This document shows, piece by piece, positions 37,301 through 51,300 of a DNA stretch of 64,000 nucleotides. Source of the DNA: Laetmonice hystrix. Lineage: Eukaryota. The stretch lies in assembly GCA_965235115.1 (NCBI GenBank), contig OZ249439.1:11222001-11286000 (forward strand), given 5' to 3'. The notes below the pieces were generated by a model. That model was not told where the DNA came from. It did not search any database and worked only from the letters and a program-made list of their open reading frames with translations. How positions within the stretch are numbered: the stretch's first letter is position 1; each line of letters begins with the position of its first letter. The translations under genes were made by a program, and so were the position numbers.

Positions 37301-40300
37301 ATCAATATTCTGTCTACTTCCACAGGCTCAAGGCATTGGCAATTACAAACTTATAGGTATCCTTCTACAAAGAGGTCAGTACACCGCACCCTGCACAAAA
37401 ATACTACATAGACTTTTCCCCGCATGCCCTGCCTGCTGTTTACTAATATATCAATCACTCCCATATATTCACATAGATTCTCTCAATCTGTTATAAAATC
37501 TGGTTGCGTCCTGCGTTTAACCCTGGACATAATATCAAGTTTAGTGGATGATATATTGGTGTTCGACATGCAGCCTTGATCATCCACATGCTGGCCCTGC
37601 TGCCATGTTACGCTCTCCATCTTAACATCAGCCCCCTCCTTCTACTACTCGGTCAGGATCCAGAGGTTGCCAGGTGAGGACCCAAGGTCACCTTCATTAA
37701 CAACCCTCACGTACCCTTACCCAACCCTCTACCCCACCCTCCATCCCAACATCACCCCTCCTTCTACTACTCGGTCAGGATCCAGAGGTCGCCAGGTGAG
37801 GACCCAAGGTCACCTTCATTAACAACCCTCACGGACCCCTACCCAACCCTCTACCCCACCCTCCACCTCAACATCACACCCCCCTCCTTCTACTACTCGG
37901 TCAGGATCCAGAGGTCGCCAGGTTAAAACCCAAGGTCACCTTCATAAACCCCCTCCCCCACCACCAGGCATTTAGGCAGATCAGCCTCTCTAACCCACTC
38001 CTCCCTGTGATTTGGTTGATAAGCTTACTTGTCCTAAGATCGATCACCAATAGCATGATCTTGGAAGTTTTTTGCAAGGAGCCGTAAGAAAAATGTCCCC
38101 TTCGCCCCCTCCTGCTACTCGCGGTTTATGTGTGCTAACACGTTGGTCTGTTCACACATCTAGGCTGGTTGGGCGATACCTTCTCATCTTCATGCCGGGA
38201 ATGTTCGTAAGTAGGCCCTACTCGTTCATTAATCAGTTAAACAGTAGGGAACCCCATTCATAAGTTGGTTCCTGACTCAGCCTGGTTCCCCTGCCCGCCG
38301 CTTCGCTCCTTGGCGCTGATGGTCGCTCGCGCGTAGACTGTTGCACGGCTCTGTCCTCAGGGGGGGCAAGGGGGGGGGGGGGGGGGGTCCCTTACCCCTA
38401 GCGGGAAACAGTGAAAGAGTCTAGCTCGCGACCGACCATCAGCGCCAAGCAGCGAAGCGGCAGGCAGGGGAACCAGGCTAGTTCCTGGCTCTGACACTAG
38501 GCTTGATAGAGCGGATGAGGGCCAGCGACCCCTATCCAGAGGGAGGAGAACCAGCTTCGTTTCAAATTCAACACCTCCTGCTGAATCAAATTCAAAACGT
38601 TTAGCGCAGTTTAGGCGACTAACTGATAGGAAACAGAAATCAAAGACCCTTCTCGAGATCAGGGCCGTACGCAGCCTAAGGCCAAAAAAAAAAAAGTTTC
38701 GTTTCTTGTCCTTTCATATAAAAAAATTGGTGCGGTGACGCGGGTTTTTTTTTTTTTTTCATCTTTCTTTTTTTTTTTTGGATGCAACTAGACAACGGCC
38801 GATTCTTCGAATGCAATTGCTGTTGGGTACATAAATCTTGAAGAAAAGACTAATGCAATGATGTTCAATGTTTTAGAATGTGTAAAACTCGCATAAAATC
38901 AACAAGACTAACAGAAAAACGCCAACGCCAAAGAACCGTTGCAAAGTTCTGCCACAGCGCTACACTGCCCACCATATGAAGCAGTCGGATTTGAAAAAAA
39001 AAGACTTGACGCGGGGGTTTTTAGGTGACGCGCGCGGGGACAAGAAACGAATCTATTTTTGTTTTTGGCCTAAGGTTGCAGGGGGAGGGGAGACCAGATT
39101 CGAAAGGGCACCCTGATCGTGAATGAAGGATAAATTCACACTCTTAATAAAGGGCACCTGCTCGTTAAAATTAACTTTCCGCCTTTGATTACTGGGGAGG
39201 GGGCAGCTGCCTCCTGCCCCCTGGCCCCCGCTAGGTAGGCCTAGGGCCCTAGAGATGCTCCAGATGGTACATGTCTTTTTGTCATTTTGCAGTTCATGTT
39301 TATGTGGGTGGTACTGAGGAAGTACACCCAGTGCCAAAACATCGTAATACCTCACCTTGTCATAACATTCATCGTCCACGGTATTCATGCTGTTCTTCAA
39401 TACGTCCTGCTCTACCAGTTCAACCTCGGCATCGAGTAAGTCTGTGTGAACGTGTGTGAGCGTGTGTGAACAGGTTGAGCTAGCTCAGATAGACGTGGCA
39501 GAAGAAAGCACATGTTAGACAACATGGACATCTGACGCGTGTAGGCACACTGCGTTTTGCTATCTGGGTCACGAAGGTGGCGCCACCTTACGTTGTAGCA
39601 CCAAAACGACTACTAAGGCCCTGTCAGTGGAGGTAAGGCTTGGGGCCTGAGCAAGGGCATGTAATCTGAAGTCCTTAAGCGCAACTTATCTCCGAAAATG
39701 TCGTAACGGTTCTTCTTCAAAATTTCGTCATGTTATCAAAGAATTCCAAAAAATAGGCTAATATTTCCTCAGAAAGAGTAGATAACATCTCCACGCCGTC
39801 TTCTTTCATACAGTGGATCGGCAATTGCCCAAGCTATCGCCTTCTTCCTGCTCGCTGTCTTCACACTCATTTATACACTAGCCACAGGAATCCACAAAAA
39901 GACCTGGGACGGTAAGATCTCAGGGATTGACATATTCGCATGGTTTAAAATACTATTTTTTAGAGGGGTACAATTGTATACGCAATGCCTATTAGAAATA
40001 TCACAGGCTTGCACATTGAATTTTAAAATTAACCAGACCTTATAGTAGGCCTATGTTGTTTGTGTTTTAAAAGTTTTATTACGGTAGGCCTATATCATGG
40101 TATATAAACCAGGCATTATTACTAGGCCTATGGCTATCAATGACAACGCCTCCCGTTGGCATGAAAACGAACGGTCCTCGTTTGACCCAGAGGTCGCTGT
40201 ATTGTTTGCCCATAGGTTGGAACCGTCGGTGTCTGTTTTACTGGGGTCCTCTCGCAAAGCTTGCTTTATTCGGTATGCTCATGATGTGTATGGAGTGGTG

Positions 40301-43300
40301 GTGTTTCGAGGTGGCCACATTGCTTGCAGGTAGGTATCCTCGCATCTTCTCATCCTTGTAAAGTAAGCAAACTCGCATCATCAATTCATTCAATGAAAGC
40401 TCTCTAAGATGGTATCTTGACCTTTTAAATCAGTCTATTCGCTCACAAAGTAGGCCTAGATCTATACTAGATTCTACTTCTGGTCGTGTTCCGTTAATAG
40501 ATAAATCAATAGAATCGTTGTTTTTTATAATCGTCCCTTGTATTTCTGAATGCCACAGGGGTCCTTGGTACCACCGAATTGGCTGCTCAGTCCGTTGCCT
40601 TTAACCTAGACACACTCTCATTTGGAGTAAGAACTTTGTATATTTATTACGAATTGAAGACTCGCGTTCTCTTTATTTCACAGGCCCGCTGACGGGTAGA
40701 TCTAACGGTCGTGGTTTACGTCTGACTCAATGAAAGGGCGATAATACTATAATAATGTAGATCTATAATCAACGATACTTCTAACAGTAACCTAGATAAC
40801 AATACATCAAGACACAAAGTAAAGGTTCAACTGTTACAGTAATAAAGAAATAGATAACGCCGGTAGATAATGTATGTGTATGTGGTGCCGGTTGTTATTC
40901 AAAGATCCCCTCGGGTATAGCTCTGGCCACCAGTATCCGTGTCGGGCAGTATTTGGGAGCTGATGAATCCATCCAAGCTAAGACTGCTGCCAGGGTTGGC
41001 ATGACCATCACAGGTGACAGGTTCTCTTTTCCCTCTCTTTCAATACATCGGTTATTAACACTGCCGTATCTCTTCTTTTTTATTTGTATCTTTTTCGATA
41101 TTGCTATAATTTAACGTGCTTTTAGGAATTACAAAATTATTCAATCATGACAATTATTTTCCCTCCACAGTGGCCAATGCTATCCTCTGGTCAGTGATAT
41201 ATGGAGCAGCAAGATATGAGCTACCCAAGCTCTTCACCAATGATCCGTAAGTAGGCTACTTTGGGCGGAAGTACAGGCCTCTTTAACCTATGTGTAGCCA
41301 CTTTAGGCATCTGTATAGACCACTGTATGTGTAAGTAGGCTACTTTCTATGTATGTCCTCCACTTTTTGCAATAGATCATTAAGCGAACCATCTCCTAAC
41401 CCTAGCCGTGCAATAATAAAACCGTTTGTACGTCTACAGGGAGGTGATCAACCTTGTTGCCAGCATTCTTCCGTTCATTGCCTTCTATGTCTTCTGTGAC
41501 GCCATAGCCGTAAGTCAGCAGATGTCAGCAGCAGTAATGAACATCACCGCCGACAGGCGGCACCACCATGCATTGGGCACAAATTTTCGACTGACCTTGC
41601 GTTTTTCTTATTATGATAGCATAAAGAGGTTCGAAATATCCCCTGAAAACGGTGTTGATTGCTCTATTATAAAGCCACAGACAGCCCCCAATGTGGATTT
41701 CGTGTACACCGTAATTCAGTAGCATTGTTGAGGGTCTGTGGCCCCAAGTAACGCCGTTGGAGGTTATGCCTTTTCTCGGCCAAGACAGCGGTTTTCACCC
41801 AGTTCTTGCATTTAACTATAGAATGCCTCACAAAAGATTCAAGAGCCGTTCAAAAATGCGATTTTCCAATTGTGCCTAGTTAAATACGGTATCACTCGCA
41901 ACGGGCCAACACACTAATGTCATCTAACGGCTTCCGTTGTTTCTCTGTACGTAGTGTATTTGCTCATCGCCAGACGGCAGTGTTGCAGTTGATGTGCTCT
42001 CTCTGGGTTTAATCTGACTGTTTCACGCCAGACGTCTTCTAATACCGACTGAATTCCTATCAAAATCTTGGTCCTTCGCGGCAGTGACGCCTGACTAGAG
42101 TTGAGGGACACCAGTGGTTATAATCTGCCATGGACATATTTCAGACAATTGGGCGTGGAATATTCAGGGGGATAGGCAAACAGGTGTGGGGAACGATTCT
42201 TATCTTCATCTCTTACTACATCTTCGCCCTGCCCATCGCTGTGCCTGTCATGTTTCTAACTCCACTCGGTATCACGGGTGAGTTTCTCTTCGCTGTGCCT
42301 GTCATGTTTCTAACTCCACTCGTAACACAGTTGAGTTTCTCTTCGCTGTGCCTGTCATGTTTCTAACTCCACTCGGTATCACAGGTGAGTTTCTCATTGA
42401 ATGACCAACTCAAACTTCGTCGGTGGCTGCGGGTGGGGCCCTCCCCTGGCTGATCTCAGCAGCCTTCTTTTTAATAGTTCCTCTTTAAGAAGGAAATTAT
42501 TTAACTAACCCTTGGAATATTTCTTAGATTTGATAGAACTGAATACTGGTTTTACTGATAATGGTTTTGAGAATAACTTGGTCTAATTTGACAAGTGTCT
42601 GATTATAATATTTCTAAACGTTTTCTAAGAACACCTGTTGTTGTATTCCAGGCATGTGGATAGGATTCAGCTTGTCGCTAGGTATTTGTGCTGTATCCTA
42701 CTTCATCATCATCACTTTCACACTCAATTGGCAGAAGATGGCGGAAGAGGTACACATTCCCTCGATTAGTAGGCCTAGGCCTACAAGACATCGAAATCAA
42801 AAGGACACATTTCAGCACTGGGTTTTACATAATGTCCTGCTATTAAATCGCATGGTGTTTCTTCTATCTATTTACGGTCTGCTGGCCCTTCTTGGAGACC
42901 TATAGACCACCTACTTCCGGTAAAATGGCACACTTCCGGTATAAATAAATAGCGGCACATGATTTCCTCCCTGCAGGCCATCGCTCGCAGTGGGGGAACG
43001 CTGGAGAGTGAACGGGTTCTCAGCGTCAAAAGCACTGAGGTCACCGAGAAATCGCGTGAGATTTTGGTTTGCTACTTTTATAAACCCGTATCCCAATACT
43101 TCCTACGCACTTTCTGTCTATAATACATGCCACTTCATAACCATATCCCCTTACGTTTATTTCAAACGTCAGAAAACCACTTGCCATCTGCTATAAACCT
43201 TTATCTATACGTGTACTGAGACTTGACTCTAAAATCTCAGTCTCCATCATAACTTATGTCTTTGACAAACGCAGTCCTCCTCCCAAATTCCTCCAAGGGC

Positions 43301-43570
43301 GGACTTCTAAACTCAACCAAGGTGAATGACGCTGGCGGCAGCTTACCGGAGGAAGACATCACGGTCCCGTGGACACTGGTCGCGAAGCGCCTCCTGGTGG
43401 TGCTCGCCTTCGTCATGGTGCTGATTGTTGGGATCGTCGTCAGGGTGCTCGTTCCTGGCAATGATGGTAGCGCCGTATCCACCCCTGGCGGCAGTGGCGA
43501 GAACTCCACCTGGGACTCTCACACAGAACAAAGTCTTACAGCTGCTGACCGCCTACCGTCTGACCTCTGA
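33807..43570 (+). CDS. SLC47A1: MATE (SLC47A-like) multidrug and toxin extrusion transporter, paralog A; 18 exons, 617 aa
   Basis: Exons: 33807-33879, 36022-36155, 36447-36548, 36763-36831, 37326-37374, 37574-37673, 38164-38206, 39293-39435, 39814-39911, 40216-40329, 40559-40626, 40905-41013, 41171-41246, 41440-41509, 42145-42277, 42652-42749, 42977-43055, 43275-43570. These sum to 1854 nt, in frame. Family motifs: MFAGHLGKTEL, CDTVFSQAQG, GILLQR, GQDPEV, CMEWWCFE, SIRVGQYLGA, RGIGKQ, LNWQKMAEE, and a 13th C-terminal TM helix as in animal MATEs. The symbol denotes family only. Confidence 0.92.
35772..35980. repeat. 31-bp minisatellite, ~7 copies, ending ~40 nt upstream of MATE-A exon 2 acceptor
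   Basis: Unit CGCCGTCTGCCTTGTGACGTAACGAGTGACG; period 31 (35821, 35852). Confidence 0.9.
37624..37950 (+). repeat. Triplicated exon end plus donor of MATE-A exon 37574-37673 (~122-126-bp unit)
   Basis: CCTCCTTCTACTACTCGGTCAGGATCCAGAGGT(T/C)GCCAG|GT recurs, with donors at 37674, 37796 and 37922. Confidence 0.9.
38278..38480. mobile_element. 203-bp hairpin MITE with ~60-bp imperfect TIRs and a near-perfect 10-bp TSD
   Basis: CAGCCTGGTTCCCCTGCC...GGCAGGGGAACCAGGCTA; flanks GTTCCTGACT and GTTCCTGGCT. Confidence 0.8.
38680..39070. mobile_element. PIF/Harbinger-type MITE (GGCC termini, TAA TSD)
   Basis: TAA|GGCCAAAAAAAAAAAAGTTTCGTTTCTTGTCC ... GGACAAGAAACGAATCTATTTTTGTTTTTGGCC|TAA. Confidence 0.75.
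42237..42395 (+). repeat. Triplicated exon end plus donor of MATE-A exon 42145-42277 (54/53-bp unit)
   Basis: TCGCTGTGCCTGTCATGTTTCTAACTCCACTCG... x3. Donors at 42278 (CGG|GTGAGT) and 42385 (CAG|GTGAGT); the middle copy is mutated (ttgagt). Confidence 0.9.
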
Positions 43571-45348
43571 CCGTTCAGCTGTAATCTTGATCACCCTCAT
43601 CTATGTGTAGAGGATATTCAGGTATACAGACGGCCTCATGTGATAAGCTTCAGGCCTACCCCAGGTCTATCAGCATATCAGATTATCTTATTGTAAGGGA
43701 ACGCTTTCATCTGCTCTTTGTCAAACTGTGTTGTATATATCTGCGGGCATATAAACGGCTTTTTATATCCGACATGAATAAACTGAATCCTATACTAGAT
43801 CTATTATTGCGAGGTGCTCAGTGTCGTTTGTAACCGTTGAGGCTGTAATATTGACGAACTTTAACGTTTACAAGTGGTCCGGGGTCAACCCCTTGAACAC
43901 GTTACCATCCTGATCACAACAGCGGATTGGTTTACTGCATCTGTCTGCTGGGATATTGGTCAGTAGGCCTCGAGAAAACCCGGTTATATCTACAGACAGA
44001 GTGAAGGGCTGTGTGAGTGTAGGTGTGGGTGGGTGCGAGGAGTGAAGGGCTGTGTGAGTGTGGGTGTGGGTGGGTGCGAGGAGGGAAGCAGTGGTCTATA
44101 GTCATGTAGGCCTACATACATGTACGTCGTACCGATGGGCGGTTAAAAAGATCGGCCGTCGTTTTCGCGTTCAACGGCGTCCGTGAAATGTCACACACAA
44201 ACACACCGGATCGGACGTGAACGGTCAAAGTAAAATTGTACTCAGTCTCTGACCTAATTGGAACTGGCAAGACTGACGACTTGTCAGGTGCAGCAAAACC
44301 CTGTAAAACCACCATGACAATCTCGAATTGATGTATATTTATTTTGGGTGATACTACAGAAATCAAATAATTTAATAATATATCTAGGCCTATGATATTC
44401 CTATTGGGTGTTACCAAATAAAGTGTATATAACAATCGCTGCGTGTATGATCAGCTCGTACCCCCCAACTACCATCACCATGACCCAAAACACCGGTCTG
44501 GTAAATAATTCTCGAAGACAAGACGACTCTCAACCGTTAGGAGTTGGCTACGTTGCAAGATCAAGCGAATCCTTGAATTCCTAAGGAATCTTTGAATTGA
44601 AATATTTGGTAGAACCACTGTAACTTTAATCTGTCTATATGAGGCGTATGACTTGACCCTTCATACGACGGACCCCACTATTTGTTGTCAACCCGAATTC
44701 CCTGTTTGTATGGAAACCAGTACATCAAATCGTCCCCGAGGTCAATATGTGGGACGCGGGGACGCCGGATCCTGACCCTAGCGTCTCTTGGTCCCAGAAA
44801 CGCTGCCAGTCGGCAGGCGCGGTGGTTCGAGGTGGTGCCGTTTCACACACATGGTTATGGGGTTTCATACTTGAGGTGTGCGTTTATCTACCAGTTGAAC
44901 GCGTAGCACATTTATTTCACCGGGAAAAGTTGATTGACACATGAACAGCGATAATCAAGTACGTGTTCAGGTGTAACACCTGAGGTGTTGTGGCGCACGA
45001 TCCTGTGATCATATTTAAGGACTTGCCGGAGAGTTCAAAGGTCTCAGCGCCGACAGATGAGAACATATTTAATTGTTTTCACAGACACGAGTTAGAGGTT
45101 CTCGAATCTAACCTGGGTCGTACTGTGGGCGGGGCCGAGCCTGTAGACCTACCTGAGAAGGCCTACCTGAGCAGGCTCGCATTGGAACGTACACCTACCC
45201 TGCTCCTGGGGACCAACCCTGCCAAGGAAGGCGGGAGTAAACGGCCAGGCGATCAGAGCTGTGATCGTTCCCGGCAGGCGGGTGTAAACGACGGGTCGGT
45301 TAGTGTTGTGATCGGCTGCGGTGGCCGGATCGAGTAGTGGTTGTGGTC

Positions 45349-48300
45349 ATGGAGTACGGAATGGACGGGAAGCAGGTGGAGGCGATGGTCAAGGAGAACG
45401 GTCAACCAACAACAGGTAAGTATAGAACAGTGGACACGGCGCCGAACATAGTGGCAGTGAATCACAAACCATGGGCCTGACCTCACAAAAATATCTCCTC
45501 CTCCTCAGCCATGCTCCTGACCTTTAACCCCCACCCCGCCCCCAGGGATATGTTACCACGGGGGAAATAACCTCAAACCGTACGGGGGGGGGGGGGGGGT
45601 CCATGGACCGACTTATGGACCCAATCCAAATTTAAAAATTCAGATCGTATCAGGGGCGGACTCAGAAGGGGCATTCGCGGCGGAGTATATCAGATAAGCA
45701 TAGGCCTATAGATATTAAGGGGAGTGTTTGGGGAATTTTGAAAATGTCACAAAAGCTATTGCAAAATGTGCCTAAGGCCCCACGAGGGATTACAGATGTC
45801 TCATTAACCTCCCCAATTATATTGGCCCCTTGTTTTTCAATCGATACCCTTACAAGTATTTCGGCGTATTTTGTTGGATTCAGGGTGGCATGCCCCCCAA
45901 TCCCCCCCCCCAGAATGATTCGATTTCATACCTTTAGCAGTACCAGATCTTATGTGATTTTAAACTTTTTATCAGAGTCTAGACAGGGCCGTGCCCAGAG
46001 ATTGGTGCGGGGGGGGGGGGGTATTGGTGCACGGGGGTTGCAGTGGACGGATCCAAGTATATATAGGACCTAAAAAGCCTAAAAAAGAAATCTTTGGCAC
46101 CTGGGGGGGGGGGGGGGTTACAGACACCCAAAAACATCCCCTGGGTACGGCCCTGCTAGATTACTAACTCTTTTATAGATTTGACCTAGTCACGTCGTGG
46201 GGACTATAAAAAAAAATCCCTTATCTAGGCTATACCATTTACTATTGCCACCCTTTTCCCCGTGAAAATCACCTTAGTTGCTGACACTACCTAAAACCAC
46301 AAACACTATAATTCACTTACCCATTCTGGTTCAATAACATCAAACTACGGGAGCGAGAGGCTCGTGTCAATAAAAACACGGAGGGACTCGACCAGTGAGA
46401 CAATGGTGGTGGTGGCGGTTGTGGTGGGGTGGGTGTGATGTTATCATCTTCCTTATCCTCGGATAGAGGTGGTCCGACCATGGTAAACAAAGATTTATGG
46501 ATGCACACAGCGGTAGAGTACAACTATTGCACCACCATGCCTTCATAGGTCCAGAACAATTTTCAGCTCGTTTGGACCAAATTGATTGTGAAGGATCACA
46601 GATGATAATTTGGGCTGACTGGGTTGCGAGAAGACAACTGATTTAATATTGGCTTACGTATACGAGACGTGATTTAATACTGGCTTAGATCTAGCCTACA
46701 TTCGAGGTCTAACATTCTGAGCATAAATAATGATAAGGACTTCTCAATCTCGGTTGAGCACGATAACAACTAAAAAGGTTAAACTATTGCCCAGTGATGG
46801 AAGGTGTTTACAGAGAAAAGGTTTACGGAGAAAAAGCCCCGCTGTACGAGGAGGCACTGAGGTGGCCTATATTTGGAGTGTGTGTACACACACGAGTCTG
46901 AAAGCTGGTTAAATAAAGAAGAATTACCCACGACAAAACCACGTAACGAAAGGGTGTACGTCATAGCTCTACTGTTTAATTTCTGAATTTCCTAATTCGT
47001 TTTACCCCCTCTTTTTTTTAAGTGGGAGGGTGAGTTTGGGGGTACTCCCCCCGTATAGGAATAAAACGGGATCGTTGTCGATAAAAGGCAATGAATAAGA
47101 CACATCTCGATAACTTATGTGGCATAGGCCTACTACGGGGCCAGTATTACATTTCGATAACTTATGTGGCATACTACGGGGCCAGTATTCCGTCTGTGTT
47201 AACTTGTTTGAAGATGAGAAAAACACACGTAGACTGAGCATGGAACAGTCATTAGTCCAGATGAATACTATTAATATAAACCTACAAGCGAACTCACCTT
47301 GTATCTTTTAGACTTTATACATGTATTGTTGAATAACAGATTTTGCATTGACGACAATCTATATTATTCCGATGTGACTACTGTTTAAAATTACAGTTGA
47401 GGTTTCCAACTCGGCCACGTGCTGTAGGGGACTCGCCAAATTGAGGGATCGGGTGTTCCCAACAGGTTACATCAGCGAGTTCCGGGGGACCGCACACCTG
47501 GCTTGGGCTCTGGTCAGTGACCTTCACTTGTCTTTAACAGTATCCTTGACCTTCCAGTGACTTTCACTGTATCTTTGACTTTCCAGTGCCCTTCACTGTA
47601 TCCTTGACCTTCTAGTGCCTTTTACTGTATCCATGAGCTTCCAGTGACCTTCACTGTAACTTTGACCTTCCAGTGCCCTTCACTGTATCCTTGAACTTCC
47701 AGTGCCCTTCACTGTATCTTTGACCTTCCGGTGCCCTTCACTGTATCCATGAGCTTCCAGTGCCCTTCACTGTATCCTTGAACTTCCAGTGCCCTTCACT
47801 GTATCCTTGAACTTCCAGTGACCTTCACTGTATCTTTGACCTTCCGGTGCCCTTCACTGTATCCATGAGCTTCCAGTGCCCTTCGCTGTATCCTTGACCT
47901 TCCAGTGGTCTTTACTGTATCCTTGACCTTCCAGTGCCATTCACTGTATCCTTGACCTCCCAGTGTCCATCACCGTGTACACACGCCTCACAGACACGGC
48001 ACTGACCCCATATATATATTTCAGGTATTGACAGAAATAGCCGAGCAATACTTTCAACCCATTGCCACTATGTTTGGGGGCCATCTTGGAACGTTGGAGC
48101 TGGACGCCATATCTCTAGCAAACGCGGTATGGTTTCAAAAGTAGGGGGAACAAGCTCGAAATGATTTTGAACCTGGACAATTCAGAAGTTGGAAGCAGAT
48201 GATACAATATATATGATATAGGAAATATCTTGGCTCTTTCTGGAGACTACGGACATCTTTGATGGAAAACACTGTAATTACAGTATTTTACAATATAATT

Positions 48301-51300
48301 ACAATTAATTTTTGCAGAATTTACTTTTCAGTTTATTACTGTCCTTGGGACGTCGGTAGTGGTTGGACTCTCCACGTCTTGTGACACTGTATTTTCCCAG
48401 GTTAGCTTTAACAGTCGTAATCAATATATATCACACACTTTGAAACTTATAAACCGTATATATTATTCCAACACATTTCTTTTCTTATACTTAAAACCCA
48501 GTTTTTGACATTAATGTTATTGTCTTTTCAGGCATATGGTCACGGGAACTATAAATTAATAGGCGTTCTATTACAACGCTGTAAGCATTGCCTACATTCT
48601 TATACATAATGAAGCGTTATTCTAGGTAACATGCGTTAGTATGTATTGTTATACTTAACGTTTTTGAGCGTCTTTCGTATTTGAATTTTTAGAGAAAATA
48701 ACCGAATTAGGAAGACTTTATTCACTTGCGTTAGGGGGCAATGATAGCGGCTGGGGGGAGGAGGCAGTGATAGCCGGGGATGGATAGGGGCACTGATAAG
48801 GGACAGTGATAGGGGCAGTGATAGGGGGGTTCAGTGATAGGGGGAGGGGGATAGGGGGCAGTGATTGGAGGGGGGGGCGTGATAGCGGCTGGGTATGTGT
48901 GTGATAGGAGGTAGTGATAGCGGGGGGTGGACAAGGGGCACTGATAAGGGGCAGTGATGGGGGGGGGGGTAGGTAGCAGTGATTGGGGGGGGGGGCAGTG
49001 ATAGCGGCTGGCGTGTTGTGTATGTGTTATTCTCGTTACAGCTTTGATTATCCATATCCTGGCGTTATTGCCGTGCTACGCCATCCATCTAAACCTGGGC
49101 CCCATACTGCTGGCCTTCGGGCAGGACCCTGAGGTCTCCAGGTGAGGGTCTTGTCTCTGACACCGGAGGTGAGGAGGGGAGGGCGTATTTAGGCAATTTC
49201 GAAAGGGGCGACGTCCATTCTATCTGTCGGTGTGTGCAGTTAATCCAGAAATAAGTAAAGGGGGTGGGTACGTCGGGCCGGACCCCCCCCCCCCCGTTGA
49301 ATCCGACCATGAGTCTCAGAATGGTATGAGCATGTAATACATATAGTGTCCTGATTCAGGTTGTTTACATTATCAGTCGTCAACTCTTTTTGTCAATTTG
49401 TGTTTTGTTTTGCAGATTTGCTGCGAAATATCTCATAATATTCATGCCCGGGATGTTCGTATGTACTCTTCAACCTCATTACATAAAATCCTGTACTTTA
49501 AATGTATGATGATAACAAACGAGGTTAATCATAGTCGTCCTCAGCATTGTAATATATCATTCCAACCAATTCCACCATGTGTTCTGCCAGTTTATGTTCC
49601 TGTGGGTGGTATTGAGGAAGTACACCCAATGTCAGAACATCGTGGTACCTCACATTATCATCGCTTTCATCGTACACGCCGTCCATGCTGTGCTCCAGTA
49701 CGTCTTTCTCTACCAGCTCAACCTGGGCATCGAGTGAGTACACTCAACGCCAACACTCAGACAACTTTCAGCCGAGAACACTCAGACAACATTCAGACAA
49801 CATTCAGCCGAGAACACTCAGACAACACTAAGACAACATTCAGACAAAATTAAGACAACATTCAGACAACATTCAGACAAAACTAAGACAACATTCAGAG
49901 AACACTAAGACAGCATTCACACTCAGACAACACTAAGACAACACTCAGACAACATTCAGAGAACACTAAAACAACACTTAGACAACACTAAGACAACATT
50001 CAGACAAAACTAAGACAACATTCAGATAACACTAAAACAACACTTAGACAACACTAAGACAACACTCAGACAGCACTGAGACAACATTCAATGAACACTG
50101 AGACAACACTCAGACAACATTCAGACAACACTCAGACAACACTAAGACAACACTCAGAGCCAACTCAGAAAATGCCCCCCTCCCTCCCTTCTCCCAATAA
50201 CAGCCTCACTGGCCTACTGCCAACATACCGAAAAATACCCCCACGCATACGGGCAATTATATATAATCTAAACCTGAATTAAAATATTAACATTGACTTT
50301 TATTTTTGCTATTCAAATTTTGAGTTGTTCCATATAATGATAGTGTTGGCCTGATTTATTTAACATTTTTGGGGTTAATTCAGAATTTTGCCCTTTCCAG
50401 GGGTTCTGCGGCTGCGCAGTCGTGCGCTTTTTTCCTGCTGTTCCTACTGACCCTCATCTACACCCTGAGGTCGGACGTTCACAAGGCTTGCTGGGGAGGT
50501 ATAGACACACAATAACCACGTCATATAGGGTCCGTCATATTAGGATATTAACAATTATGTTGGTCTCAGACAGGTAGAACAGAACGCGTTCCATACGGAC
50601 AACCATATGACATCCCCCTGAATGGCACTGGTCAGATAGAACGCGCATATAATAAAGCATAGCATAATACAATGAATCATACAGTTGTGGTGGGGTGTAT
50701 TACAAAGTGTCACATGTGCTTATTTAGGCTGGGATCGGCGGTGTCTCTACGGCTGGGGCCCGCTCGCCCACCTGGCTGTGTTCGGCATGCTCATGATCTG
50801 TATGGAGTGGTGGGCCTTTGAGATCTCAACCATCCTCTGTGGTAAGTAGGTCTGAATGATCTGTATGGAGTGATGGACGTTCGAGATCTCAACCATCCTC
50901 TGTGGTAAGTAGGTCTGAATGATCTGTATGGAGTGATGGACGTTCGAGATCTCAACCATCCTCTGTGGTAAGTAGGTCTGAATGATCTGTATGGAGTGAT
51001 GGACGTTCGAGATCTCAACCATCCTCTGTGGTAAGTAGGTCTGAATGATCTGTATGGAGTGATGGACGTTCGAGATCTCAACCATCCTCTGTGGTAAGTA
51101 GGTCTGAATGATCTGTATGGAGTGATGGACGTTCGAGATCTCAACCATCCTCTGTGGTAAGTAGGTCTGAATGATCTGTATGGAGTGGTGGACGTTCGAG
51201 ATCTCAACCATCCTCTGTGGTAAGTAGGTATGAATGATCTGTACGGAGTGACTGACCTTCGAGATCTCAACCATCCTCTGTGGTAAGTAGGTCTGAATGA

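Noticed and set aside
43241-43274. Acceptor TCTCAG at 43240 for the last MATE-A exon
   Set aside because: Gives a stop in the required phase; the AG at 43273-43274 restores the TM13 frame and the EKSLLL motif paralleling B.
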